From the human T2T-CHM13v2.0 reference genome, Homo sapiens, in NCBI RefSeq assembly GCF_009914755.1, contig NC_060947.1: 64,000 nt of DNA. One strand, given 5' to 3'. Shown piece after piece: positions 30,039 to 43,269 of the stretch. The notes beneath the pieces were generated by a model. That model ran no database searches and was not told the DNA's origin. It saw only the letters and a program-made list of their open reading frames with translations. Made by a program: the position numbers and the translations under genes. Positions within the stretch are counted from its first letter, which is position 1, and each line of letters starts with the position of its first letter.

Positions 30039-30835
30039 TAGAACACCACAGTAGACTTTAGAACCAAGATTTTTATCATCTCTCTTATTGAATTAAAGGT
30101 GTAGTAATGTCTTAATGCTCAGAAAATTCACAGACCAGCAAAAGAGACAGGCACGCATTCCAGTAACCATATGGTGATTTGGTACATATATAATTTACAG
30201 TATAAACCAAATGGTATACATTCTAGAGAGCAAATACTTTGGATACTGAGAGAAGTTAGGGAAAATTCCAAAAAGGAGGTGATTGCTGATCTGCACTCTG
30301 GAAGGTAAGTCAGAATTGCCAGGCTAAGGGTAGAATGATATTTAATATGTGGGAGGTAGAGGTTGGAAAAGCAAAAGCATGTAAAGAAGAAAATGAGATG
30401 GGGAGAAAAAAGGGAGTAATTTAATAAGGTGAAACACAGGGTAGATTTACATAGCTAGAAAAGATTGGTCTAAAAGAAGTAGGTTTACTTTTTTAAAAAA
30501 AATATTAGGTTTATATGGTGGGTTAAAAATCACACCATTTAAACGTCCGTTAAAAAAAAAGCGCTCAATTCCTAATTTCTAGTCTCCAAATCACTGTTGA
30601 TGCTTTCTGGTATATTGTTTGTTTCCACAGCTATTTCATGCATATACACTTAGTGGATCCAAATCCCTGTCTAGAGACAGTTCTTCAAATTACCAAATTG
30701 TAGTAGCGGTACTTAATTTTCATGTTAACCCCCACTCCATCAGGTAGAGGCAATCTGGTCTCACCTAAATTAACAGTTTCCTAACATACACATAGACAAC
30801 ACAGGTACACACACAGAGTCTTTGTAGATAGCATC

Positions 30836-31195
30836 TGATATGGTCTGGCTCTGTGTCCCCACCCAAACCTCATCTTGAATTGTAGTCCAAATTGTAATCC
30901 CCAACTGTTGTGGGGGGACCTCATGGGAGGTGATTAGATCACGGAGGCAGTTCCCGCATGCTGTTCTCACGAGATCTGATGGTCTTATAAGGGGGCTTTT
31001 CACCTCTTCACTCTGCACTTTTCTCTCCTGCCGCCATGTGAAGAAGGATGTGTTTGCTTCCTCTTCTGCCATGATTGTAAGTTTCCTGAGACCCTCCCAG
31101 TCATGCAGATCTGTGAGTCAATGAAATCTCTTTACTTTATCAATTACCCTGTCTTGGGTACGTCTTGCTTAGCAGTGTGAGAATGGACTAATACG
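30836..31195 (+). mobile_element. THE1D MaLR solo LTR
   Basis: TGATATGGTCTGGCTCTGTGTCCCCACCCAAA...GGACTAATACG; perfect TSD GCATC at 30831-35 and 31196-200. Confidence 0.92.
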
Positions 31196-31400
31196 GCATC
31201 CAAGTTCCAGGGATTTAAATTTACTTGGTCTCAACCTTTCAAGAAAGAGGACAATGGGGGGATTTGGTCTGTGTTATTATCTATCAACTCCAGTAGTCAC
31301 CAAAAATTCTTCAAGGCCATCTCATCTTCAGTCCTCTCTTCCTGCTCCTGCTGGTGCCGGTTTGCTGTTCTTTACTTCTGATCCCAGATATTCATATTCA

Positions 31401-31497
31401 TTCTCTCTCCCCCCTCCCCCTCTCCCTTCTCCCCCTCTCCCTCCCCCCTCCCCCTCTCTCCTTCTCTCCCCCTACCCCTCCCTCCTCCTCCCCCCCC
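31401..31497. repeat. C/T-rich polypyrimidine tract
   Basis: about 97 bp of pyrimidines with a single A. Confidence 0.95.
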
Positions 31498-31709
31498 ATC
31501 AGAAGATGGATGCTTCTGAACCTTGCTAAGTCTTCAGGAAATTCAGAGGCGCAGGATTTTTGCCATTTCTGTGCTGCAAAATTTCATTGTTCCTTTCTGT
31601 GCAAGGAACAATGAAATACTATCTCTTGCCACCCTCCTATAATCCAGGGAAAAGACCATGAGGCCAGCTCAGGCCCAACAGCCTATGCCAGAATTATAAA
31701 GAGGTGACC

Positions 31710-32010
31710 TGCAAGTGTATTTCATGTGGCTATATAAAATGTTCTTGTTTGTCTGTTGCTTGTTTACTTTAAATGTAAACTAGTTGGCAACATGTGAACA
31801 TCAGGAAGTTTCACATGAAGTGTAGATTTCTAGCTTCTCTTACAAAATCCAAAGATCTGGCAACACTGGGTCTATGTTCTCACTTGGCAAAAATTGGCTG
31901 ATGTAGGTAATCACAGCATGAATTTTCCAGTTGGATTTTCTATCAAAGGCCCATTGCATTCATTTACATTCCTAGCCTGCTACCTGTAGGAATTTAAGTT
32001 TTTAACTTGT
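31710..32010. mobile_element. MER102 hAT-Charlie fragment
   Basis: GATTTCTAGCTTCTCTTACAAAATCCAAAGATCTGGCAACACTGGG and CCTGTAGGAATTTAAGTTT. Confidence 0.7.
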
Positions 32011-32531
32011 TATAAACATACCTCATAGTTTCTTCTATTCTACTTTTTTGCATCTTCTGTAAGTTCTAATTTAGAAATTACGTACACATCCTCTATCAGT
32101 TTTTAACTCCCATTAACCATATTACAGAAACTCGCAAGGAACTTGCAATATCTTTTTTTTTCTGAGTTTCCCCTTCTACCCTCCTTCCCACCAGCCTAGT
32201 CCAGGAAACAGTATCTTGAGTTGGTTAGAAGCCCCACTCTTAGATCATCTGAAGTTACACAATGCTATGGATTTGTTCATACACCTATATTTGCCCTGTT
32301 TCCCTACGAGGACCTAGGCTTTTCAAACTCAATGGCCAGGAAACTGATTATTTTTGTCTCCTGCACTATTATTTCCTTCACCTAAGAAATGTAAAATGCC
32401 TTAGCTTTTGGCTGAATGGGAGAAAGTGTGACAGGGTAAAAAGAAGTAGGGAAAAGCATAAATATGCGTGTATATGTATTTTTTCTTCAATCTCCTTTAT
32501 TCAACAGCATATCTTAGACACTATTTCCTAC

Positions 32532-32563
<32 letters not shown>

Positions 32564-32983
32564 GTGTGTGTGTATCAACTGTATAATGCTCGTGTATCAA
32601 CTGCATGAAAGTTGTGTATCAACTGTATAATATTCCAAAGTGTGGCTATGTCATAATTCATTTGCCTGGCCTCCTATAATGAGAAAACAAATTTTCCTTT
32701 TTATTAAGCTAAAAATCATGCTGCACTAAACATCCCAAAGTTATTTACACGTGTATGCAAATATATATATAAGATAAATCCCTGGAAGAAATGCTGCCAG
32801 TTCAAAGGATTGGTGAATTTCTTTTTATTTTGATAGGTATTACCAAGTCACAGTCACCATGGAAAGATATATACCAATTACAACATCTTTCATACCTGAA
32901 CGGCATGCCCGTTTCCTTCATATATTTCATCATGTTGTTTTTTGTTATTGTTATTCTGTCTCTGGCAATATTATAAGAAGTAG

Positions 32984-33210
<227 letters not shown>

Positions 33211-33529
33211 TTTTTGTATTTTTTTTTTAATTTGTGATTCTACAATCATGAAGGGATTTGACCAGTACATGAAGCAGGATGTGTGATTAGTAGGTGAGGG
33301 AGCCAGCACACAGCCTTTGTCTACCTTCTCCATGTGTGCTATCATCTGGCTTTTCCACTGTCATCTCTCAAATCTTTTACTTATACCTCATCAACTAGCT
33401 ACCAAAAACACCACTTTAGGAGAATCTCCTGAAAGGAATCATCCTCCTCCCCATTACAGAACTCCATAACTCCCACCACAGACAAGCCCCAGCCAGCAAT
33501 AACTTTGGGCCGTGATCACAATTCACTTT

Positions 33530-33960
33530 GAGAGAAATGATGCTCAAAGATCCATTACAAAGGTAAGAGACTAGAAGCAGAGGAGACCAGTTAGGTCGTG
33601 GTGGCCATCTTCCAAGGGAAGAGAAAAAGTCTAAAATTATGTCAAAAGTGGAATAGATAGGTGACATATTATTTTGAAGTCTCATAAAGAATAAAACTCA
33701 ATTGAACTCAGTAAATCATTTACAATGATGGCAGAAAAAGAGGAAGGCTTTGGAGCTGACGCTAAAATTGTGGCCTTGTACTGCTATGCCAACGATGAAG
33801 CTATTAACAAATTCAGAAAACATAGAAAAAGCAAGATAATTGTTTCGTTTTTTATAGAGGATAATTCACTTTTTCGTCTTTTGATTCTAAGATGCCTACA
33901 AGGCATCTAAGTGGACAGGCTCAGGAGCCATTTAAAAGTTGGGGTCAGGAATGCAAGAGA
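33530..33960 (-). mobile_element. L2 fragment
   Basis: GACTAGAAGCAGAGGAGACCAGTTAGG and GGCATCTAAGTGGACAGG. Confidence 0.6.
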
Positions 33961-33999
33961 AAAGAGAAGTTATCTGTATTTAAAATCTTATATGAGACA

Positions 34000-35250
34000 A
34001 ATTGAATTTAAAGAAATTCAGCATAAGTTCCACATTGAAACGTTTTATGGAAAAGAAGAGAAAATAGTTAAAAGTGTTGAAGAAAAATAAAATGCCTGAG
34101 GGATTATACTGAACTAGAATCAAATAGGCTTACACATTTTTTATTAAAACACTTTTAAGATGTTCCATCTTGCAAACTGTGTTTATAAAACAAGGGCAAT
34201 AAAGAAAATGATTACTTGATTAAACACAATAAAACATGTTTTTACATAAACACTTCCACAGTAACAAAGTAAGCATGGGTATCTCATCTCTTCCTCCCAC
34301 ACCCCCTGCACCAAAGGAGAAGACAACAGCTGCATTTCCATATAATCTTGGAATGAGAGAGACATTTCTAAGTAGAAACCAAAGTAGAAAACTTAAACAA
34401 AAAGACGACTAGATATTACTACCTGAAAATGTAAAGCTCCTGCATGACAAAAAGAAAGCATTAAAAAATAGCGGGCAAATGATAAAATGGAAAAATATTT
34501 GCAATATATGACATACAAAGAATTATCTTTAATTACACAAATCAACAAGAAAAAAATTAACTCCCCCCAAACAGGCAAAGTGATCATAAACATAGAAAAT
34601 AATATATCTCAGCACTAATTCAGGAAAATAATTAAATTAAAATAATAAAACATTTGTACTTACCAAATATTCAAAGTTATGAAGAAAATAAGGATAACCT
34701 CCATGCAGGCAGTATATTGAGATGGATTTTCTCGTGTGCAACTGGTAGCAGCATAAATTGTACCACTTCTTACAGAGCAACTTGGCAATAAATATCAAGT
34801 CTTTAAAATGTACATGTGCTACACATTTATCTTAAAATATAGGCCAAGACTTATAAGATCTATGTTAAAAGATGTGCATCAGATTACAATAACAGGAGAT
34901 TGGTGAAATAATTTATGATGCATACCAATGAAATGTAATTCAGCTACTAAAAATCATTTTTCTTATTATATTTAATGACATAAAGTGTTCAAAATTTAAT
35001 GCTAAGTGGTTCATGCATGATTCCAAGCAGTTTATGGAGCACAATACCATAAATGTAAATCTTTCTTCCTCTCTCTTCCCATTCTCCCTTCCTTTACACT
35101 GCCCACTGCCCCCCACCCACCACCACACAGAGCAGTAGTTACAGCGAAATACCTAAAGATGCCCATTGTGATTATCCCTGGATAGAATTATTACTGAATT
35201 TCATATTCTTTATTTTATATTTTATTTGCTGAAATGAACTTGTATTGCTT
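34000..35250 (+). mobile_element. Ancient L1ME fragments
   Basis: GGAAAAATATTTGCAATATATGACA and GCAACTTGGCAATAAATATCAA. Confidence 0.55.
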
Positions 35251-37667
35251 AATTATCAGAAAATAATTCTAAACTTGCAACCTGTCTTTCTGCCTGCTCC
35301 CATACATCCCCAATAGAACTTATAGAATCTCAACAGCTTGGTGCCCTTTTTACAGTGCTTTCTATTTTGGATTCAAAATGTTGAGTAGGATAGATCCAAC
35401 AGGACCATCAACTAAATGGGCTCATTTTGAATACAAGGATAAGAGAGGCCCATAACAGAGAAGGCTTTCACTCAGAATCATATAGTAAATTGTCAGATTT
35501 AGAACAAGATCCATAGTGTTCTGACTACCAATTTAGTCATCTTTTTTCTCTACCACATATTCAATTATATTCCTTCTTTCTGAACATCTAATTTTGAATA
35601 CTCTCTTTTAAGATTAGAATAGGTCTACTTTTAAGATTGGAATACAACCATCTGTGAAATTAAAGGACTATAGTAGCTATTTCCATTTCTCCAGCTTACC
35701 TTAATTCTAAATACACACATTTGTTTAGCCTCCATCACATTCAGAATACTGTGCTGTGTGCTTCATATAACAGGGAAAAAAAAAAAAATGAGACCCAATC
35801 CCTATCTTTGATAAGCTTTTACTCCAGTGAAGAAAGCAGACACATAAAGAACCAATGTAAGGCATAAAAAAATCACAGAAGCTATGGGAGCACAGGCATT
35901 CTGATTACCTGAAGACATTGCATGCCTTGGATTCTACCATGTTGCCTATTCTTGAGCACACAGAATTTTTCATTGGTTTTTAACAGTCATAATTGTCTCA
36001 TGATATTCTTCATCTAAAAATGCATGAGAATCCAATATAAAATGTTCATAATGACACTGAGTGCACATCCACCCATCACATCTCTGCCCACAACACATGA
36101 GGCACATTCTCAGGATTTATTCTCACATCACTGATTCCCTATCCCATCAACACTCTTTAATTCTTAACTATGAAGATTTCCAGTTCTTGAGAAGGGTATA
36201 TTAGATCTTCTCTACTTTGTACAAATAATTTATATGTATGCAATAAATCTATGACAGTGATCTAATATATACAATGAAAAAATCTACATAGAGAACGAAA
36301 GGATCATATATGTCATCAATCTTAGCAGCAGTGTGCTAAGCTAAGGCAAATGACTGGAAAATTGGAAACAGGTGCCTATGTCAAGTCATTTCATTGAAAC
36401 AATCAACTGGGACAAAGGTTTTCACTACACACAAAGCTTCTCAGCTCTTAGCATGCCACTGGCTGTCCTGTTTCTGTGGCACACTTTATTTCAGTTTTCT
36501 TTCAGTTTCAATCTTCTACTTCACCACTGAGCCTGACGTTCTAATGCTGGAACTGTTCCTGCTACTTAATGTGTAAAATACCAATACAACATTTCTGCTC
36601 TCCCTTGGGCCCTTCCATAGCATGTAGAAGAAGGAACACTGGTTCGGGAGTCACCACAGATTTGTTCTTAGTCCAACTTGTCCCTCTTATTCTGTGATTG
36701 TAATTCTTATATATCTCTGTTTCTATAAAATAGGGAGAATAATGGCTGCCACGTATTCCCTCATTTTCCCTAAATTTTCCTTCCACAGCCCCTTTTATAA
36801 GTAGAGTTGTAGTTGAACCCAACATACAGGTTTAAAAACCACATCAATTCTTGACCTAATGTAGGTCAAGCCCATGTGCGTGGATAGCCTCAGACCTGTC
36901 TACTGGTGGAGCTTGGAAAGTAACCCCTGTATTCATTCAAGGTTCAGTGAACCAGAGATAAATTTTAAGCACTGGATGATTCAATTTTTATGAGCAGGCT
37001 TCTATCTCATTTTGCCTGTCAAGCAACCTACTGTGATGTTGGCACTGTGAGTCTGCCTGGTATGCCATGGCCCTGTCCATATCCCCTCCCAAACTAACCC
37101 TCTTTGCCATATTTATCTAAGCATCCTTGCTGATAACTCAGGACCATATTGACTCTGGATTCTGCCTATCACCTAGAACCTCTACCGCAATGGCCTATTA
37201 ACTAGATAGGGTTCCCATGACAAGCATCAGTACTAGGTTTAGACACTGACAATATCCCAAGGTAGCCATGACTGGGGGCAACACTATATGAATTAGTTAC
37301 ATCCACTACCTTGCTAGACTATATTCCAATTCATACTGACTTCCTCTCCTTCCTTGCCACTCAGTGTTGCTGAGATTCTAACATACCTTATCCCCCAAAG
37401 CAAATAATGACAGCATTTGCTCTTCCTACGCCACAAGACTTTTATGAAGCATCAAATGAAACAATATATAGGAAGATGCTTTGAAAATTGCAAAGATGTA
37501 GTCAAATGTTAGTACTTCATCTCAAGGTTTACAAACAGTTACAAACTGGAAAGGCATTTTCCTTTCCAGTTCCTTCAAAGAGAAGCTGTATCCTTGGAGG
37601 ATTGTGAATTTTATCATTTTTTTTTTGGACCTCCCTTGTCTGTTTTATCTTTCAAGAAAAGATTTAC

Positions 37668-37895
37668 CTGCTCTGTCTTTTCCCCTTCCCCTCAAGATTA
37701 GCACATAGTTTTATGAAAGACTGTATAAACATGTTTGCTCAGACTCCACTGAAAGATGTCTGCATGCTCTGCCTCTCCATCAAGGAGAAGAAGAACCTGA
37801 ATAATCAAAAGGCAGAGTTTTGAAAAGGTCACCATAGCGGTGCTCACTTTCCTAACTTATACACATTTCCCCAATTTATGAAATGTTGGTGGCAA
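37668..37895 (-). other. Candidate spliced exon (228 nt) in unique sequence
   Basis: minus strand: CTGAC branch-like motif, TTTTCTTCTCCTTTTCCAG| acceptor, CAG|GTAAAT donor; stops in all three frames, so not an internal coding exon. Confidence 0.35.
37698..37835 (-). CDS. Hypothetical 45-aa small ORF with a signal-peptide-like N-terminus
   Basis: GCTATGG Kozak context; MVTFSKLCLLIIQVLLLLDGEAEHADIFQWSLSKHVYTVFHKTMC*; below the ORF-track cutoff; no expression evidence. Confidence 0.12.
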   Translation of the reverse strand: MVTFSKLCLLIIQVLLLLDGEAEHADIFQWSLSKHVYTVFHKTMC

Positions 37896-38814
37896 CTGGA
37901 AAAGGAGAAGAAAACCAGCACTGTGTAAGTCAGAAAAGCGCCGCAGAAACATGGCAACAGATGTCAAATCATCTGTCTCTCAGCCAGAATCTTGTGATCT
38001 TCCTCAGGTACTCCTGTCAGTACAAAACCATAACAATTTCCGTATTTTACATTTCTCTTTCTTCCCTATATCGCTGAAGTCTGCCAGCCCAAATAAAGAC
38101 TTTTCACCATTGAACAGTGTCTCTCAGTGCTAGAGAAGGGACTTGTTTCCACAGGAATGAGATGACATTATGAAGAAAATAAGCATGCAAGAGACAGCAT
38201 CCTCAGAGTACCCTGATAACAGCAACAAAACTATCCTAAACCACAAGAGAAAGCTGTTTCAATTTACATATATTTCTACATTCCACACAGGAATGAAAGT
38301 GACAGGTTTGATAACTGGCAAACTGCCCAGACCACTGAAGAGACGTACTAGTCTGATCCTATCCTCTTCACTCTCACTTTCAGCCCATACGCCAAAAAGT
38401 AAGAACTTTAGGTCCCCATTGTCCACTCAATCTGTAACAATGTGTTCACACTAGGGAACAGTGTAAACAGCAATGGTCAACAGTAGGCCCCAGAAACACT
38501 TTTAAAATAAGAAGTATGTGCAGCCCTCTTTCTGTATTGTTTCCACATTTAGGGGTCTATTTCCTCTTACTACCCCACCCCGAACTTCAAAGATCCCAAT
38601 TTCCCCCTACTCTCTCCTTAAACATTAGTGCATATTTAATTTAATGTGTAACTTAAGTGCTGGCTCCTCTTGATCGGGGAGATGGAAGACTTTGTATTCC
38701 ATAAAAAGTAAAATCCCAGATAAAGGAAATATTTGAGATTTTTAAATTCCTTACCCAAGCCCAGAATTACACCACTGCACAGCAGCCTCTTCTACCTCTA
38801 TATGTGGCAGGGCT

Positions 38815-39005
38815 AGTAGGGCAGAGTCAGGTGCCCCAACTAGGGTAGCTGTGTGTCTTTGGGTGAATGACCTTCAGTGAGCTGTAGTTCCCTCATCTGT
38901 ACACTGAGGATGTGATAGCACCTACTTATAAGTGTATTCCTAAATGTAAATGGTATGGTTCTTGTAAAACATGTTTCTGCTACATGCTGTATATTTTGTA
39001 AATAA
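38815..39005 (+). mobile_element. MIR
   Basis: GCTGTGTGTCTTTGGGTGAATGACC...GTTCCCTCATCTGTACACTGAGG. Confidence 0.7.
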
Positions 39006-39013
39006 TTAATAAT

Positions 39014-39492
39014 TGTTATGGTTTGAACTGACTCCCATTCAAATTCATTCCTAATCCCTGGTACCTCAGAATGTAACCTTATTTGGAGATGTAGAGATCT
39101 AGTTTGGTCTTTCAAAAAATTGTGTGGATACCTTGTGAGAGTATACATTTATGGGGTACATTTTGGTCTTTATAGAGACAATCAATTGAAAATAAAGTCA
39201 TCGGGGTGTCCTTAACACAACTTGATTGGCATCCTTATAAAAAGAGGGAATTTGGAAACAGGGAGAATGCCATGTAAACACACAGGTAGAAGACAGCCAT
39301 CTAGAAGCCAAGGAGAGAGGCTTGAAGCAGATCCTTTCCTTACAGCTCTTAGAAATAGACCAAGCCAGCTTCCACACATTGTTTGAAATGCGTACCCTCC
39401 AAAACTATGACACAATATATTTCTGTTATTTAAGCTATCCAGTCTGTATTATTTTGTGGTATTTTGTTAGGCAGTTCTAGCAAACGAATACA
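39014..39492 (+). mobile_element. MLT1B-like MaLR LTR
   Basis: TGTTATGGTTTGAA...GTACCTCAGAATGTAACCTTATTTGGA...AGCCAAGGAGAGAGGC...CAAACGAATACA. Confidence 0.85.
39113..39161 (-). mobile_element. About 49-bp L1MA 3' tip inserted in the MLT1 LTR
   Basis: TTGTGTGGATACCTTGTGAGAGTATACATTTATGGGGTACA resembles the antisense L1MA1-3 terminus; flanked by TTTGGTCTTT at 39103-12 and 39162-71. Confidence 0.55.
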
Positions 39493-39646
39493 ATGTTTAC
39501 TTATAATAAAGCTGAATGCATATATACATCTCTTTTTGGTCAGCATATCAGAAGATAGGAAATATAAAAATAATTACAGCCCATTTAGGAAATAAGAATA
39601 CCCCTGTCTATTTCAAGTTATAGTCACATAAAACAGAAGTAACAAA

Positions 39647-39784
39647 TAGGGTAACCATATAATTTACTACATAAACCAGGGCAATTTTGAGGATAAAAAG
39701 GGACATTATTAGTAAATAGACTGGATTGGCAGCAAACATCAAAATAGGACTGTACAGTGTAAATCAGGACCTGTGGTCCCCCTA
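39647..39784. mobile_element. MER94-like hAT-Blackjack MITE
   Basis: termini TAGGGTAACCAT and GTGGTCCCCCTA form imperfect TIRs; about 138 bp. Confidence 0.7.
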
Positions 39785-40591
39785 GAAATGGAGAGCAAAG
39801 GTATACCCCATTGCCATCAACCAAGTCAGTTAACGCAAGATTCACTAGTTCCACTAGAGCTGTTTGGTTAATTTAACCATAGCTATCAATTAGCTTGTAA
39901 AAATATGAGTTAAGGTCGGAAGAAAATAAGGCCAAGTTAATTACCTCCATGTCATTAACTTTGACATTGTGTTCATTTCTAAAATGTCCTGAGGCTAACA
40001 GAGCTTAAGTTCAGAAATTTGAACAAGTCTTAGCTTAGAGATAAGTGTGTTTCTGTTGATGATATATTACTTTCTGATCCTCTAACTTAGAAAGGAAGAA
40101 CAAGACGGGAAGTGCTTAATGTAATACATGCTTCATCTGAGAATCAGATCATGAGCACACTGAAGGAACAAGTCAAGGGCATTCATTACTCAGCGGGCCA
40201 GGGAAAGAAAAGATGTTGACTCAGAGAAAATTCCCTCCCACTCCTGGGCAAAGAACAGTCAGTACGCTTCAAGGATTGTTTTCCCAACGTAGGTACTTCC
40301 CTGTTCACTTGGACTGCCACATAACCACCTCTGTATGAAGGAGGGTATTCTAAACAGGAGGTTGTTGTGAGTAAAATATTTGCCCTCCTCACTAATTGAT
40401 TTTTTTAATTAATCACTTCATTTAGAATCCATTCAACCTAGTAGAGATGAACATTCATCATACTGGGAAGACTTTCAGCTCAGAGAGAACATCCATGGCT
40501 AGTAATTTGTCTATGAACTGGCTTAGGAGTCTTTAAATGAGATTGAAGCCATTCTTATAAATCTAAAAGGCCATGCAAAATTAAAAAGTGA

Positions 40592-40883
<292 letters not shown>

Positions 40884-41024
40884 CCTTGTGAGCATTGTTA
40901 AAGAGTGAGCTAAATGCAAAGTAAACCTATTTGGAAAAACTTTGAGTCAGTAATTTCAATATTGTTAAGAAACACATTAATGAATGATCATTCCTCAAAT
41001 TCACAATTGCCCTCTGCTTATGGT

Positions 41025-41245
41025 GAGGCAGTGTAGTACAGTGGAAAGAGCATGGGTCTTGCAGCAGGCAAACTGGGACTCTGTCATTTTCTAGCAGTGT
41101 GTTCTTTGTTCTGAGGCTTAGTTTCTACATCTGTAGAATGGGGCAAGTAATATTTCCCCTTTGTATTTTGTGGAGCTCTCATGAAAATCCAATGAGATAA
41201 AGTATATTAAACCCCTCTATAAAATATGAAACATCTCATAGTTAA
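41025..41245 (+). mobile_element. MIR
   Basis: GAGGCAGTGTAGTACAGTGGAAAGAGCATGGG...AGTTTCTACATCTGTAGAATGGGG. Confidence 0.75.
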
Positions 41246-42569
41246 ATGGTATTGCAAAAACATTTAAGTACAATGGTATTTATAACTAAATAAATAATTG
41301 TTGAGGTACAGAAATAAATGAAATGTTCCCATCCTAATCAAACAGGTGATGAAGCAATGGTGTGATCTCTAAAACACAAATATTCACCTCCCCCTGCCCT
41401 CGCCAAATCACCCCAAATACTAGGCTTTCAACGAATGCCACATTCAATGACACAGTGCTTTGATAAAAGTCATGTGTGACTGAGTGGGGTTGCCAAGAAT
41501 AGCCAAGGTAGCAATGGCCAACAGTGAAAGGATGTTTGGGATGTGCCAGCGAACATTTGAGGCATTAATAAAAATAGGATATGAGAGTTTTAATAAAAGA
41601 ATATCACACCTAAAAATTGGTACTTAGGCTGAAAATGGTAAAACAGTGGTAAAGAAAGAAGACGACAAGAAACAAACAAGTTGTAGAAATAACTAATTAT
41701 AATTCAATTGGTTTAACCAAGTAACCTATTACAAAAGCCCAGATCCTAGTTTGAATGAGTCTAGATTTCACTGAGTGAGTTTAGATTGCTGATTAAAAGT
41801 TTTCGGTCAAAACAGAGGACAATTTTTTGTCAATGTTTTAAAAACCACACAGAAGCATGCTTTCCTCTAATTCTAAAAAAAAAAAAAAAAAGAAAAAGAA
41901 AATTCTTGCCTTGTTCTTCTTAATCATAGCATTCTTATCGTACTGAAATTGCCCTTATTGCCCTTAAAGTCAGAGCTTAAATTTTAGTACCACATTAATC
42001 TTATGCTGCAATAACTATCATTATACTAAGAATCTAATAACAGCTTATTGTCAGAACAATAATTCCATTAATAGCTTTTAATAGGATTGCATTAACTCTA
42101 AGTGTGCTTCCAATATAAATTATTCCACAAGTACCCACTTGCATATAATCACTTCCTTAGAATATAGCAAAATAACAGCCTCAGCTCCCAACTCCTTAAT
42201 TTATTTTACATTCCCTTTTGTAACATTTCTGGATCTGAGTAACCAAAGAAGAACCAAGTTAAAAAGTTCCTTACAGATCATCTAGTCCATCTTCCTCATT
42301 CTGCAGGTCAGAAACCAGAGGATTCAGAGATGCCACATGGGTTGTCAGTACTAACATATCTTTAAGCAGAAGCAGCTCTGCTAACGTTTAATTAAAGTGA
42401 TGAGGTCTGTACAGGACCCTGAAAAGATAACTTGAATTTCATAATCATGCGTCCGGAGTCATGAGCAAAATTGATCATATTAGCTTATCATCTTAGCATG
42501 ATCTTATTGTGATTGGTGAAATCAAAGGGACTATATTCTGGGTTAATAAACAGTGAAGGTCATTTGAAA

Positions 42570-42810
42570 GAGATGTAGCATACTATTATGGGAAAAGCCT
42601 GGGATTCAAAGTAGGGGGACAAAGATTCCCATTCTGGGCCTGCCACTTACAAATCGCGTATTGTTATTTATGCTACTTAGTCTCTACGAGTGTCAGTCTT
42701 TTTATCACTAAAATGAGAACACAGGCACCTACTTTGAAGATTAATACATGGATTCAATGAAACGATAGATGTGAAAATGCCTTGTAAAGCACAAATTGCT
42801 ACATAAATGT
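42570..42810 (+). mobile_element. MIR
   Basis: CTGCCACTTAC...CAGTCTTTTTATCACTAAAATGAG...GTGAAAATGCCTTGTAAA. Confidence 0.7.
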
Positions 42811-43269
42811 TTGTTTTAAAATACCTCCCTGAAAAAAAAAAACATTCCATTGATAATGAAATTAAAACTTTAAAGGAATAGTTTAGAAATACACAGAATT
42901 GTTGGGAATGATTTAAGCAAGCAGCTTGTCAGACGTGCATGTGGTTTGGAAGGTCAGCGAGTGGAATCAATAACATACAGAGAGCATCAGAGCTACGGCT
43001 CCCATAGGAGCAAGCAGCCACGGGTTATTGAAAAGAAGCCAAGAATTAATTTCCAAGATGACGAACTGGGGCTGGACAGGTGCTTTCCTTCAGTACATCT
43101 ATATCTCTACCTGTGTATATATCTATCTCCTTATTTAATCCTTGTAAGAAGCACTTTACATTTTCGGGAGACTAAGACTTGGTGACATTAATAATCCTGC
43201 CCAAGACATAAAACCAACGGGTGCAAGACTTAGATTCAAAGCCAGTGTTCTTCCCACCTTAACAGCATA

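Noticed and set aside
31254-31614. Proline-rich ORFs
   Set aside because: Produced by the C/T low-complexity tract.
32570-32631. CRISPR-like repeat-spacer pattern
   Set aside because: 12-bp repeats with 10-bp spacers in primate DNA and no cas genes; a local duplication.
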